Origin: a virus
Direction: 5' to 3' (one strand)
DNA: 64,000 bases
Virus record (IMG/VR): IMGVR_UViG_3300032116_000125
Coordinates: 1-64,000 of that record
A program made the translations under genes and the position numbers. Below are positions 54,781-63,340 of this stretch, piece after piece. The notes below the pieces were generated by a model that saw only the letters and a list, made by a program, of their open reading frames with translations, had not been told where the DNA came from and did no database searches. Numbering within the stretch: position 1 is the first letter of the stretch; every line of letters begins with the position of its first letter.

Positions 54781-55239
54781 ATGCCTCGTCTATTGACCTG
54801 CCAGTCGTGTGGCACCATGTACCGCATGCGGGACTATGACGGCCCCGCCGAGTACGACATGGAGTTGATTGAGATCATCAACCGCCATCTCGGGCAGGCT
54901 GTTAACCCCGACCCGGATGCCCACAAGTCCGTGATCTTCCGTTGTGACGATGCGACATGGGAAAAACTCGGTGACGAGACGGCGGTCAAGAAAGAGTTGA
55001 TGAAGAACGAGATTGAGGTGCGTGAAGTCCGTGACGACCTCAAGGTGGAGGCGCTCAAGTGCTTCCAGCGCCATAACCGCCCCGCCGACATGTGCATTGA
55101 TTACGAGGACGACAGTAAGACCATTGGTCGCAAGATCGGCGTTCCTAAGGCTAACCGCCAGTACCTGTGCCACTACTGCCCCTGCACTTCGTATGTCGTG
55201 CATCAAAACCGTAAGGCTAAGGGGATGTATGACTCGTGA
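54781..55239 (+). CDS. Cys-rich hypothetical protein
   Basis: CQSC...CHYCPC; TAAGGAG RBS. Confidence 0.65.
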   Translation: MPRLLTCQSCGTMYRMRDYDGPAEYDMELIEIINRHLGQAVNPDPDAHKSVIFRCDDATWEKLGDETAVKKELMKNEIEVREVRDDLKVEALKCFQRHNRPADMCIDYEDDSKTIGRKIGVPKANRQYLCHYCPCTSYVVHQNRKAKGMYDS

Positions 55240-55718
55240 TTGTATTCAACTTTGATGCCATAGCCCTCCCCTCTGACACCCTCGGTACCCGACAGCCGAG
55301 CACCGAGGGTCGTCGCCTGTGGGACACCTTGTTTCAGAAGTACATGGGGCGCACCCTCGTGGTGGTGGATTCCCAGTACAAATTGGAACTCGTTAAAGAG
55401 TGGCTGAAGCGTGAGAACTTCAAGGTTTCTGCTATTCATCAGACTCCGGCTATGGTCCGTGACGGGAACACCCCGGCATCGGAGGCGGTGTGGCACATCG
55501 CTTCGGCGGTCTCCCGCCCCCACTTCTACATTGATGTGGACCCCGAGACCTGTCGCATAGTCAATGGTCAGGGCATCCCGACGCTCCTACTGACCGTCCC
55601 GAAGTACCTGCGCCCCGAGTGGAACCAGCCTCAGGCGAAGCGGTCGTGGGACGTTGTTGTAGACGAGATTGAGGCCCGGGCGATGCAGAAGTCCGAAGCC
55701 ACATGGGGTGATCTATGA
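55236..55718 (+). CDS. degenerate HAD-like protein
   Basis: IVFNFDAI, FYIDVDP, GIPTLL. Confidence 0.5.
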   Translation: MIVFNFDAIALPSDTLGTRQPSTEGRRLWDTLFQKYMGRTLVVVDSQYKLELVKEWLKRENFKVSAIHQTPAMVRDGNTPASEAVWHIASAVSRPHFYIDVDPETCRIVNGQGIPTLLLTVPKYLRPEWNQPQAKRSWDVVVDEIEARAMQKSEATWGDL

Positions 55719-57133
55719 GGGTCTTCTTCGGCGGGGCTGAGAAAGGCACCCAGCGGCGCATCCTAGAGAGGGCCGGGGTAACCCGCTTTGGGGTAAACCT
55801 GACCCACTTTCCTATCCCTAAGACCAAAGAGTTAGTCCTGTCTGAGGTCGTCACCGGCGAGGTCATCCTGTACACCAGCGAGGGCGACGAGGACAACCAT
55901 CGCTTTGACGAGTTCGTTCGTCAGCACGAGCACAGCATCACCGCCATCATTGGTCGCCCCGAATACGATGGGGCGTGGCTGGGGGAGAAGTACATCCCGG
56001 TGTGGTCCGATGGGGAGGACCTTGAGCGTCTAGCCATCATTTGTCAGCGTCACGGACGAGTTGCTATTTCGGACAAGGCGGTCAACGGCAAGACGATTCC
56101 CCGCATCCGCTCGCTGGCCCAGCGGTGGAACGCTGACCTGTACGGTCTTACCAGTAAGCCTGATGTCATTGAGGCCCTGCCATGGCACACCGTGATCGTT
56201 GGATCGTGGACCAGCGCTCTCCGCTACGGGGAGACGCAAGTGTGGGACGGGCACGGGCTCCGGAGATACCCCGCCCAGCAGAAAGAGTCGTCCCGTAAGA
56301 AGCATCGGGCTGACATCATGCGCCTCGGACTGAACCCCGATCTCGTTCTCGCAGACGACACTACCGAGGTGGGGATGCTCGCTATCCGGTCGTGGCAGGC
56401 GTGGGAATCTCGGGTCTATGACCCCCCGAAGAGCAGTGCCAAGGAGGCCCCAATGACTAACTCTGAAGGCGAAATAATTACTATGACCCCCGCACCCTAT
56501 GGTGGAGAAGTTGGGGTTCCGGGGGTATCAAGTATTGCTATGACCCCCCCTGAGAAGCGGCACGAGAATGAGCGTTTATTGCTACCAGTTATTGGGGTGG
56601 AAAGCATCACCGCCGTGGGTACACGAACTGGGTCTGAGCAGGACGAACAGTACGAAATTGACCCCGAAGAGATACCCGTAATTCGCCATACAAACGCACT
56701 TCTACGTCAGTGTGATAATTGCTATTTGGCTTCTAAATGTCCCGCATACAAAGAACGCTCAGAATGCGGGTTCAATCTGCCGGTGGAAATCCGCACCAAG
56801 GACCAACTTCAGGCCACACTCCGGGCGCTGTTGGAGATGCAAGTGAGCCGAGTCTTGTTCGCACGCTTTGCAGAAGAGATGGAGGGTCAGGGGCTGGATT
56901 CCACTCTTAGTACTGAGATTGACCGTATGTTTAATCTCGTTAACAAGTTTAAAGACATCTCTGATACCCGAGACGTAATCCGCATGGAGGTGGAGGCTCG
57001 CGGATCGGCGGGTGTGCTGTCTCGGCTATTCGGACAGAAAGCGGGGGAGACCGCTCGGGAATTGTCGTCGCCCCTACCCCCTCAGGTCATGGACAACATG
57101 GCCATGGACATCATCAATTACGAAGAGGATTGA
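55715..57133 (+). CDS. TGT/DpdA-like barrel (apparently degenerate) fused to Cys4 Zn and helical domain
   Basis: MRVFFGG, YIPVW, VAIS, LYGL, PW..V..SW.S..RYG; C-terminal CDNC..CP..C. Confidence 0.5.
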   Translation: MRVFFGGAEKGTQRRILERAGVTRFGVNLTHFPIPKTKELVLSEVVTGEVILYTSEGDEDNHRFDEFVRQHEHSITAIIGRPEYDGAWLGEKYIPVWSDGEDLERLAIICQRHGRVAISDKAVNGKTIPRIRSLAQRWNADLYGLTSKPDVIEALPWHTVIVGSWTSALRYGETQVWDGHGLRRYPAQQKESSRKKHRADIMRLGLNPDLVLADDTTEVGMLAIRSWQAWESRVYDPPKSSAKEAPMTNSEGEIITMTPAPYGGEVGVPGVSSIAMTPPEKRHENERLLLPVIGVESITAVGTRTGSEQDEQYEIDPEEIPVIRHTNALLRQCDNCYLASKCPAYKERSECGFNLPVEIRTKDQLQATLRALLEMQVSRVLFARFAEEMEGQGLDSTLSTEIDRMFNLVNKFKDISDTRDVIRMEVEARGSAGVLSRLFGQKAGETARELSSPLPPQVMDNMAMDIINYEED

Positions 57134-57166
57134 CCCGCCAAGCAATTGTTGGTAAGGTCGCACGCC

Positions 57167-57385
57167 ATGATGACACTAGACGCCTACAGAAAAGCCTTTG
57201 ATTACCCCTCTGCCTTTGAGGACTGGTGGGGTGACGTTGCCCACCACATCGCTGATGTGGTCGGTGACGAACAGACCCGCTGGATGTACAGCGTCCTGAA
57301 GCACCACTGGCAGGAGTCCCCCACGGCGTGGGACATCGTGGACGACCGCTGGAACGACGAACGCCGTATGGCGGGTGAGCGCTGA
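57167..57385 (+). CDS. hypothetical protein
   Basis: abuts next gene. Confidence 0.5.
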   Translation: MMTLDAYRKAFDYPSAFEDWWGDVAHHIADVVGDEQTRWMYSVLKHHWQESPTAWDIVDDRWNDERRMAGER

Positions 57386-57790
57386 ATGGACCTAGCGGAG
57401 TGGACCGAGGACGCACTGTGTCGTGGCCTAGCGCCTGACCCTTGGTACCCTCCGCTGGAGTCGCCCACTCCGAACGACTATTACGCCGTCGCCCGGGCTG
57501 TGTGTAACCGTTGCCCAGCATGGCGCTCGTGCTTAGACTATAGTTATCGTAACAAAGATGACGAAAAATACGGCATGTGGGGTGGGCTGACTCCACAAGA
57601 AAGGAATGGGAAAAAGACGGCTCTGCGACCGCATGGCACGATCACCCGCTATCGTCAAGGGTGCGCCTGCGCTAAGTGCTCGGGAGCCAACAGCGCCAAA
57701 CATTCAAATCTTGATCTCTCGGTCTACCCAAGGACTGGTCAGCCCGTCAACATTGACGAACTGAAGTACCAAATCCTTCCCAACAGGTAG
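57386..57790 (+). CDS. whiB: WhiB-family transcription factor with extra C-terminal HG...CxCxxC motif
   Basis: W...ALC...CNRCP...C...YGMWGGLTPQER. Confidence 0.85.
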   Translation: MDLAEWTEDALCRGLAPDPWYPPLESPTPNDYYAVARAVCNRCPAWRSCLDYSYRNKDDEKYGMWGGLTPQERNGKKTALRPHGTITRYRQGCACAKCSGANSAKHSNLDLSVYPRTGQPVNIDELKYQILPNR

Positions 57791-57877
57791 CCGAGGAAGG
57801 GCGGGGAACCACCCCGCTTCCGTGAGAGCACACGACTATCCCTTCCGGTGTGCTCCCCAACTAAGGAGGGTAAAACC

Positions 57878-58408
57878 TTGAAATTAACCACCTTGTCAAT
57901 CATTGCCCTGACAGCCTTAACCACCGGCTGTGGGGCTTCAGAGGCTCCGAGCCTCCCCCCGGCGACCACTCGCCCCGGCCCCGTAACGGTGGTGATCACG
58001 CCACCCCCAACCACTACAGTCCCCCCGACTACGACCACAACGCTCTCCCCCGAAGAGATTGCGTACCTTGAGACCGCCGCCGCATGGCAAGCACAGGTGG
58101 ATGTGATGGCCTTGGAGCACCCCCGATGCGCTGAGTGGCTCCCGCTCCTCTTGGAGGTCGGCGGGAAGATTGAGGACTGGCCCATTTGGAGTCGTGTTCT
58201 GTGGACAGAGTCCCGTTGCATTGACGGGCTGGAGGGCAATGGGTCACTCGGCCTCGCCCAAATCCAGTGGTCAGTGCACAAGGAATGGGCCATGTCCATG
58301 GGCATCACCCGAGAGATGGTTCTCACCGCCCGGCCCAACCTGACGTTCGCTGTACGGCTACAGGAAGCGTCGGGCTGGTCCCCGTGGCGGTACCTCAACC
58401 TGCCCTAA
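57878..58408 (+). CDS. lipoprotein with SLT/Rpf-like lytic transglycosylase domain
   Basis: TAAGGAGG RBS, TTG start, lipobox LTTGC, P/T linker, TESRC, GLAQI, NL..A..L...GWSPW. Confidence 0.75.
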   Translation: MKLTTLSIIALTALTTGCGASEAPSLPPATTRPGPVTVVITPPPTTTVPPTTTTTLSPEEIAYLETAAAWQAQVDVMALEHPRCAEWLPLLLEVGGKIEDWPIWSRVLWTESRCIDGLEGNGSLGLAQIQWSVHKEWAMSMGITREMVLTARPNLTFAVRLQEASGWSPWRYLNLP

Positions 58409-58417
58409 TTTACGACT

Positions 58418-58448
58418 ACAGTGGTGTCCCATAATGGGACACCACTGT
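58418..58448. promoter_or_regulatory. 31-bp perfect palindrome (operator-like, copy 1)
   Basis: ACAGTGGTGTCCCAT-a-ATGGGACACCACTGT directly before GAGGAG RBS. Confidence 0.6.
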
Positions 58449-58459
58449 GAGGAGTAGGT

Positions 58460-59545
58460 ATGAAGGTAGGCGTAGCATCCGGTGACTGGGTTCACCCTGA
58501 TCGTGTTGAGGACGGCAAAGAGAAATGGGGCGGGTCCGGATGGGCTCGCCTTGCCCAGTATCTGCCTCTCCTGACTGACATCCAGTTCATCACGGGCACT
58601 CTGATCTTTGACCCCAAGCATGGGTCATTTCAAATCCGTGCTGGCGATGAGGCAGTCCATGACATTGACATGGTGTGGATGCAACGACTCATGCACGCCG
58701 GGGCCTCCACCAACATGAAGATCGCCCGTTCAGCGGGGCAAATCATCATCAACGACCTTGACGACTGGTACTGGGGTTTGTCGGCTAGCAACAACGCTTT
58801 TCGCAACACGCACCCCAAACACAGCCCCGACATCAACATCAACCATTACCGTGCGATTCTCGCTCAGTCTGACTTGGTTACTGTAAGCACCCCATACCTT
58901 GCTGACCGCATTAAGTCATGGGTTACCCGTTGCCCGATCACAGTTGTGCCGAACTATGTGGACATCAAAAGATTTCCGAGATACGAGCACACAGAAACGG
59001 ACGTTCCGCTCGTTGGGTGGGCCGGTAGTACCGGACACCGTAGTAACGACCTTGAAACCGTTGCTGGGGTTATCAAACCAATGGTTAATGCTGGGAACAT
59101 CCGCTTCCACCACACGGGCGCACATCCGGCGATGAAGAGCGTTGCGTCGCTCGTCGGACTCCGAGACGATCAGGTCGCCACCCTTCCGCTGTCCGATCAC
59201 GAGACGTACCCTTCCAACCTTAAGTTTGACGTTGGTGTTGTTCCGCTGAACAACATTCCGTTCAACCGAGCCAAGTCTGACATCAAGGGTTTGGAGTACA
59301 GCGCCTGTGGTATTCCGTTTGTGGCACAGAACTTAGATGCGTACATCAACCTCCGCAACTCACTCGGTATCGGTCGTATTGCGAAGCGCCCCACGGATTG
59401 GATTCGCCACTTGAATGCACTACGCTCTCCGAGTGTTCGTCGTGAGGAAGGGGAAGCCTGTTATGAGGCAGTGCAACACCGAGACATCCACCATGGCGTG
59501 CAGACGTATCAGCAAATCTTTGACCATTTCAGGAGACCACAGTGA
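58460..59545 (+). CDS. GT-B fold (GT4-like) glycosyltransferase
   Basis: WMQR, DLDD, DLVTVSTPYL, VPNYVD, VGWAG, FNRAKSDIKGLEYSACGIP. Confidence 0.85.
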   Translation: MKVGVASGDWVHPDRVEDGKEKWGGSGWARLAQYLPLLTDIQFITGTLIFDPKHGSFQIRAGDEAVHDIDMVWMQRLMHAGASTNMKIARSAGQIIINDLDDWYWGLSASNNAFRNTHPKHSPDININHYRAILAQSDLVTVSTPYLADRIKSWVTRCPITVVPNYVDIKRFPRYEHTETDVPLVGWAGSTGHRSNDLETVAGVIKPMVNAGNIRFHHTGAHPAMKSVASLVGLRDDQVATLPLSDHETYPSNLKFDVGVVPLNNIPFNRAKSDIKGLEYSACGIPFVAQNLDAYINLRNSLGIGRIAKRPTDWIRHLNALRSPSVRREEGEACYEAVQHRDIHHGVQTYQQIFDHFRRPQ

Positions 59546-59943
59546 GCATTGAGCAAGTTGATCTACCTTCCCTCGCACACCCCGAGAAAGACCCCTCATG
59601 GAGGAAGTCTGCGTTGTGCCTCGGTGTCGGCCCCGGGCCGTTCTTCCGAGAGCGGGGGAGTATGGGTTACTCCGCTGAGCGCATTATGTGCGCCCAATGC
59701 TCAGTGCGAGAGAACTGCTTGGACTTCGCTCTTGAGAATCACATCCAACACGGTTTCTTCGGCGGGTTCTCAAAGGAGGACCGCCAGCGCATCAATGCTG
59801 GCGACATGGGCCGAGAGATCACGATGACTCAGATCGTCAAGGACCTCGCCAAGTTGAAGAAAGACAACCCCATCCGGGAAGCCTCACGCCTGTTCTTCAA
59901 GGATGAAGCCGAGATACACGAGATGCTTTCAGCCGGTAAGTGA
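59542..59943 (+). CDS. whiB: second WhiB-family protein
   Basis: WRKSALC...FF...CAQCSVRENC...HGFFGGFSKEDR. Confidence 0.75.
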   Translation: MSIEQVDLPSLAHPEKDPSWRKSALCLGVGPGPFFRERGSMGYSAERIMCAQCSVRENCLDFALENHIQHGFFGGFSKEDRQRINAGDMGREITMTQIVKDLAKLKKDNPIREASRLFFKDEAEIHEMLSAGK

Positions 59944-59946
59944 AAC

Positions 59947-59997
59947 AAAAAAAGACCCCCCTCCCGCAACCACAAGGGTTACGAGAGGGGGGTCTTT
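59947..59997. terminator. terminator between convergent gene blocks
   Basis: AAAGACCCCCCTC...GAGGGGGGTCTTT with A-tract on the left. Confidence 0.8.
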
Positions 59998-60004
59998 GTA
60001 TTTC

Positions 60005-60187
60005 TCAGAGCGACTCGCACGCCGTCAGCACGGCGAGCAGGTGTTGGCGGTCATCTTCGGAGAGGGTGTCAGTGTTGACCAAGTCGTAGGCGAGGACGAC
60101 GAGAGCGTTGAGGTCCTCCTCAGCCCGAGTAAGACCAAGGGTAAGGGCTTCAAGGTACGCCTGTCTCATGGCCTCAGTGTCAGTCAT
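60005..60187 (-). CDS. hypothetical protein
   Basis: 60-aa helical ORF overlapping the upstream stop. Confidence 0.5.
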   Translation of the reverse strand: MTDTEAMRQAYLEALTLGLTRAEEDLNALVVLAYDLVNTDTLSEDDRQHLLAVLTACESL

Positions 60188-60458
60188 TGAAGTGCTCCTC
60201 CTCGTGCATCTCCAGCAGTACCTGTGAGAGCAACTCTTTTCCGCACCACACGCAGGTGTGCTCCACACCAGCGTCGTCGTTGGGGGTCACCATTTCAAAA
60301 GGCAAGCCTGCTTCAACGATTACCCGACGAGCACGCTTCTGTTTAAGGGCCTCTTTCTTCTTCCACTCCCCCACAGTTTGGACGGGAGTGGCCGTGTACT
60401 GCTTCTGTTGTTTCTCGTCTTTGCTGAACTTCTCGTACCCACCCTGCATGGAAGTCAT
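60180..60458 (-). CDS. C2H2-like zinc-finger protein
   Basis: HTCVWCGKELLSQVLLEMHEEEH. Confidence 0.55.
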   Translation of the reverse strand: MTSMQGGYEKFSKDEKQQKQYTATPVQTVGEWKKKEALKQKRARRVIVEAGLPFEMVTPNDDAGVEHTCVWCGKELLSQVLLEMHEEEHFND

Positions 60459-60871
60459 GCTACCCACTTGTACGGGAGGTCGGGGGATACCTCGGGCCAC
60501 AGGGGGCCATAGTGGGTGGGCAGTTTCCGCACGAGGTTGGAGCGGTGCGAGAGGATGACCTCGCTGTCGTACAAGAAAGCAGGGACGCTGTCAGACATCG
60601 TCCGGAGCCCGAGAGCCCGAACCTTGTCAGCCACGGTGTCCTTGTACCCAAGGCTGGTCCAGTGCTCGCACATGGCGAGCGTGTACTGGGCCAACACATC
60701 GGCGTACCCGACCCACATCTTGACGGCGGGATGGCTACGCCAGCCGGTGCTACGACCGGTCAGGGTGTTGAGAATCTGAAGACCCTCCACACGTTGTTTG
60801 CCGAGGCGCTGGCGGTCCAGCACCACGGCGTTGGCACGGAAGTCTGCTCCGCAGGGAATAAATGTTTGCAT
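60455..60871 (-). CDS. MSMEG_6728-family / pyrimidine-dimer DNA glycosylase (DenV-like)
   Basis: MQTF.P...LDRQRLGKQRVEGLQIL...GWRSHPAVKMW...SHRSNL..K. Confidence 0.85.
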   Translation of the reverse strand: MQTFIPCGADFRANAVVLDRQRLGKQRVEGLQILNTLTGRSTGWRSHPAVKMWVGYADVLAQYTLAMCEHWTSLGYKDTVADKVRALGLRTMSDSVPAFLYDSEVILSHRSNLVRKLPTHYGPLWPEVSPDLPYKWVA

Positions 60872-60886
60872 GGTTCTCCTTGATGG

Positions 60887-61195
60887 TTAAATGTAGTACT
60901 CATTGTCGTCTTCGTCGCCGTCTTCGTTGTCCCACGGGTCATCAAAGTCGTCGTCCCAATCTTCGTCGCTTTCCTTCTCGTAGAACGCAACGGCCTCGTC
61001 CCACTCGTAGAAGAAGTTGGGGTCTCCAATCGTGGAGTTGTACGCCTCAATGACCTCGTAGCACGCCCCCTCCACGCCGTCCCTGAGGAGGGAGACGTAG
61101 TCGTTGGGGTCGGTCGGGTTGATGATGCGGAGGTTCACTTGGTCAGACCCCGGGACAGGGCGAATCAAGTAGTTGGGGATGAACTTGGTGCTCAT
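60887..61195 (-). CDS. acidic hypothetical protein
   Basis: D/E-rich C-terminus; ATGA coupling. Confidence 0.55.
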   Translation of the reverse strand: MSTKFIPNYLIRPVPGSDQVNLRIINPTDPNDYVSLLRDGVEGACYEVIEAYNSTIGDPNFFYEWDEAVAFYEKESDEDWDDDFDDPWDNEDGDEDDNEYYI

Positions 61196-61587
61196 GGGTT
61201 GATGCGGTACTCCTGATCGGGGCACAAGTAAGTCAGTGCCGAGGTAACAATGTTTAGTTCAAGGCGAATCTCTTCGGCGGTCTCGGCCCCCTCGTTGATG
61301 GAGTCCGTGATGGTGAAGGCTGTCATGCCGCCACGGGCGGCGATGCAGTACTGATTGCCCTGCAACAGGGCCTCAATCTGACTGTAGTAACCATCAAAGT
61401 TACCGAAGGACTGGGTGAGGCTGAAGAGGAACGCCATGTTCGGATCGGGAAACATGGTCGTGGTCGTGGTTGTTGTGGAAGTGGTTGTCGTCACCAATGG
61501 GTCCAGCACGGTGGTGTTGCTCGGCTGTGACACCGAGCAACCCACCACCACCATGGCGACTGGAAGAGCCATCAGGGCCCTCTTCAT
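61192..61587 (-). CDS. DUF732-like lipoprotein (paralog 2)
   Basis: lipobox VVGC, poly-Thr linker, G..YC...YLCP. Confidence 0.65.
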   Translation of the reverse strand: MKRALMALPVAMVVVGCSVSQPSNTTVLDPLVTTTTSTTTTTTTMFPDPNMAFLFSLTQSFGNFDGYYSQIEALLQGNQYCIAARGGMTAFTITDSINEGAETAEEIRLELNIVTSALTYLCPDQEYRINP

Positions 61588-61991
61588 TGCATCATCCACA
61601 AGTACTCGGGGCAGAGGTTGTACACCGCCGAGGCCGTGACCGACACAAACAACGACAGAATGCGGTCGTCACCGCCTGCCTGAGTGACAGCGATGACGGC
61701 GACCTCCTCCATGCTCGCCCCAGCGTCCAACGCTGAGCAGATGCCGTAGCCCGTCTCAATGAGGGTCTCGTCATCCACATACACCGACTGACCGGCAGTG
61801 GCGTGCACGCCCAGCACATACAGTTCCTCGTCCGAGAAAGACGGAGCCGGTGTGGCGATGGGTGCGTCCGTGGTCCTGACCACTTTGGTGGTCGTGTCGG
61901 GAGCGTCAGTGCGCTCAACGTACACGGTCTTGGTACCGCCACAGGCGGTGAGTGCGAGGGCCCCGAGGCCGATGATCAGTTTGGTCTTCAT
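61584..61991 (-). CDS. DUF732-like lipoprotein (paralog 1)
   Basis: lipobox LTAC, GYGICSALDAG...AVYNLCP. Confidence 0.7.
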   Translation of the reverse strand: MKTKLIIGLGALALTACGGTKTVYVERTDAPDTTTKVVRTTDAPIATPAPSFSDEELYVLGVHATAGQSVYVDDETLIETGYGICSALDAGASMEEVAVIAVTQAGGDDRILSLFVSVTASAVYNLCPEYLWMMQ

Positions 61992-62353
61992 GACTTCTTC
62001 ACCACAACTTTCAGGTAGGAGGAATGCTTCACTTCGGTCGCCGGGGCGAGGGTCTCGGCATCAATGTGGCCCAGTTCAATGGCGCTGTCCACTGCGGATG
62101 CCTTCACGTTGACCTCGGTCACCTTCTTGAAGATGGAGGGTGACACCAAGTCCTTGAGGACGATGGCGTTGAACGAGCGCCGGTCTTGGGCGATGTGCTT
62201 GAGAGCCACGCCGTTGATGACGATCTCGGTGCCCTCAGCGACCTCGTTCTTCAGGACCTCTTCCAGCGCCTTGATGGCTTCGGAGAGGACCTTGGCTTGA
62301 GACACAAGGTCTATGTATTTCTCGGCGGTCTTCTTCAATACGGTGGTGTTCAT
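61988..62353 (-). CDS. hypothetical protein
   Basis: ATGA coupling; C/A-rich leader. Confidence 0.6.
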   Translation of the reverse strand: MNTTVLKKTAEKYIDLVSQAKVLSEAIKALEEVLKNEVAEGTEIVINGVALKHIAQDRRSFNAIVLKDLVSPSIFKKVTEVNVKASAVDSAIELGHIDAETLAPATEVKHSSYLKVVVKKS

Positions 62354-62592
62354 GGGTTTCTTTCTGTGTTGTGGGTTTCTTGGGACTTTGTGCAGATACT
62401 ACCGACTAACTCTATGCCAACCCCGGTCAGGGTGTGGGATAAGAATCGGGTTAGATTCCGCATTATTTCGGATGTGTCGTCGTGGTTGAACTGGTCAGCG
62501 TCACACGGGACGACGCTCCTGACGGGGAAGTACACCCCGTCAGGAACGTCCAACTCCAGTACGACTCGGAGGGTGTGGGAATCACCAGCCAT
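62350..62592 (-). CDS. hypothetical protein
   Basis: operonic ORF. Confidence 0.45.
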   Translation of the reverse strand: MAGDSHTLRVVLELDVPDGVYFPVRSVVPCDADQFNHDDTSEIMRNLTRFLSHTLTGVGIELVGSICTKSQETHNTERNP

Positions 62593-62989
62593 TGGAGTCG
62601 TCCATGAGGGAGTAGAACAAGGCTTCCTCTTCACGCTTCTTCTTGATTTGCGCTTGGATGAAGTTCAGAAAGTCGTCACGGACGGCCTTGTCTTCCTCGC
62701 TGAGTTCGTGGTCGGGGACTTCTTGCCAGTCGTCATCGTCGTCCACCCCAAGGGACAGGTCCATACCGGCGTAGCACGCCTCTTGGATTTCCTCAACGGG
62801 GTAAGCGGGGAAGTCACGGGCGAGGGTAATCCACACGGTGCTCAGCGGGATGATCTCGTTGTGTCGGGTCATGTGGGCGATGCACTGCAACTTGAGGTCG
62901 TCCCAGTACTCGTACAAGGCAATCTGCTTCTGAGGGTCGGTTAGGTCGTCGTCGGGGTGAAGCCCATAGTTGGAGGCTTTGATGGTCAT
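62582..62989 (-). CDS. acidic hypothetical protein
   Basis: operonic ORF. Confidence 0.55.
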   Translation of the reverse strand: MTIKASNYGLHPDDDLTDPQKQIALYEYWDDLKLQCIAHMTRHNEIIPLSTVWITLARDFPAYPVEEIQEACYAGMDLSLGVDDDDDWQEVPDHELSEEDKAVRDDFLNFIQAQIKKKREEEALFYSLMDDSNGW

Positions 62990-63282
62990 TCGGGTTCCTG
63001 TTCTACTGGTGGTCGGGCGGGGGTGTAAGCCCCGTGTTCTTCCATGGGGTGGATTAGATCAAGGTAATCACCCATCCATGTCTCGTAAACGGACATGGTC
63101 AGGCATCTTTGGCAGAATGCCTCGCCCCGAGCGTATGGGGCGCATTCTGCACAATCAGTGTCGTCACAGACGGAATCGCAAGTACATGGGGAGTTCATGA
63201 GGCCGGTGTACAGCACACCACACAGGTGTCGCATTCGGACAGCCTCGTCAAAGAGGGCGTTAGATGAGATGAGTTCAGGCAT
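62986..63282 (-). CDS. Cys-rich hypothetical protein
   Basis: CTCDSVC..DCAEC...CQRC. Confidence 0.55.
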   Translation of the reverse strand: MPELISSNALFDEAVRMRHLCGVLYTGLMNSPCTCDSVCDDTDCAECAPYARGEAFCQRCLTMSVYETWMGDYLDLIHPMEEHGAYTPARPPVEQEPE

Positions 63283-63302
63283 GGTTCTCTTTCGGCGGTG
63301 GT

Positions 63303-63329
63303 GGGGGTGTCCCACGGTGGGACACCCCC
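63303..63329. promoter_or_regulatory. palindrome (operator-like, copy 2)
   Basis: GGGGGTGTCCCA-cgg-TGGGACACCCCC; shares GGTGTCCCA-N3-TGGGACACC with 58418. Confidence 0.6.
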
Positions 63330-63340
63330 TGATGTTGGTC

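Noticed and set aside
55715-57133. Complete 7-deazaguanine DNA modification system
   Set aside because: Catalytic motifs look degenerate and no folE/queC/queD/queE genes are in the window
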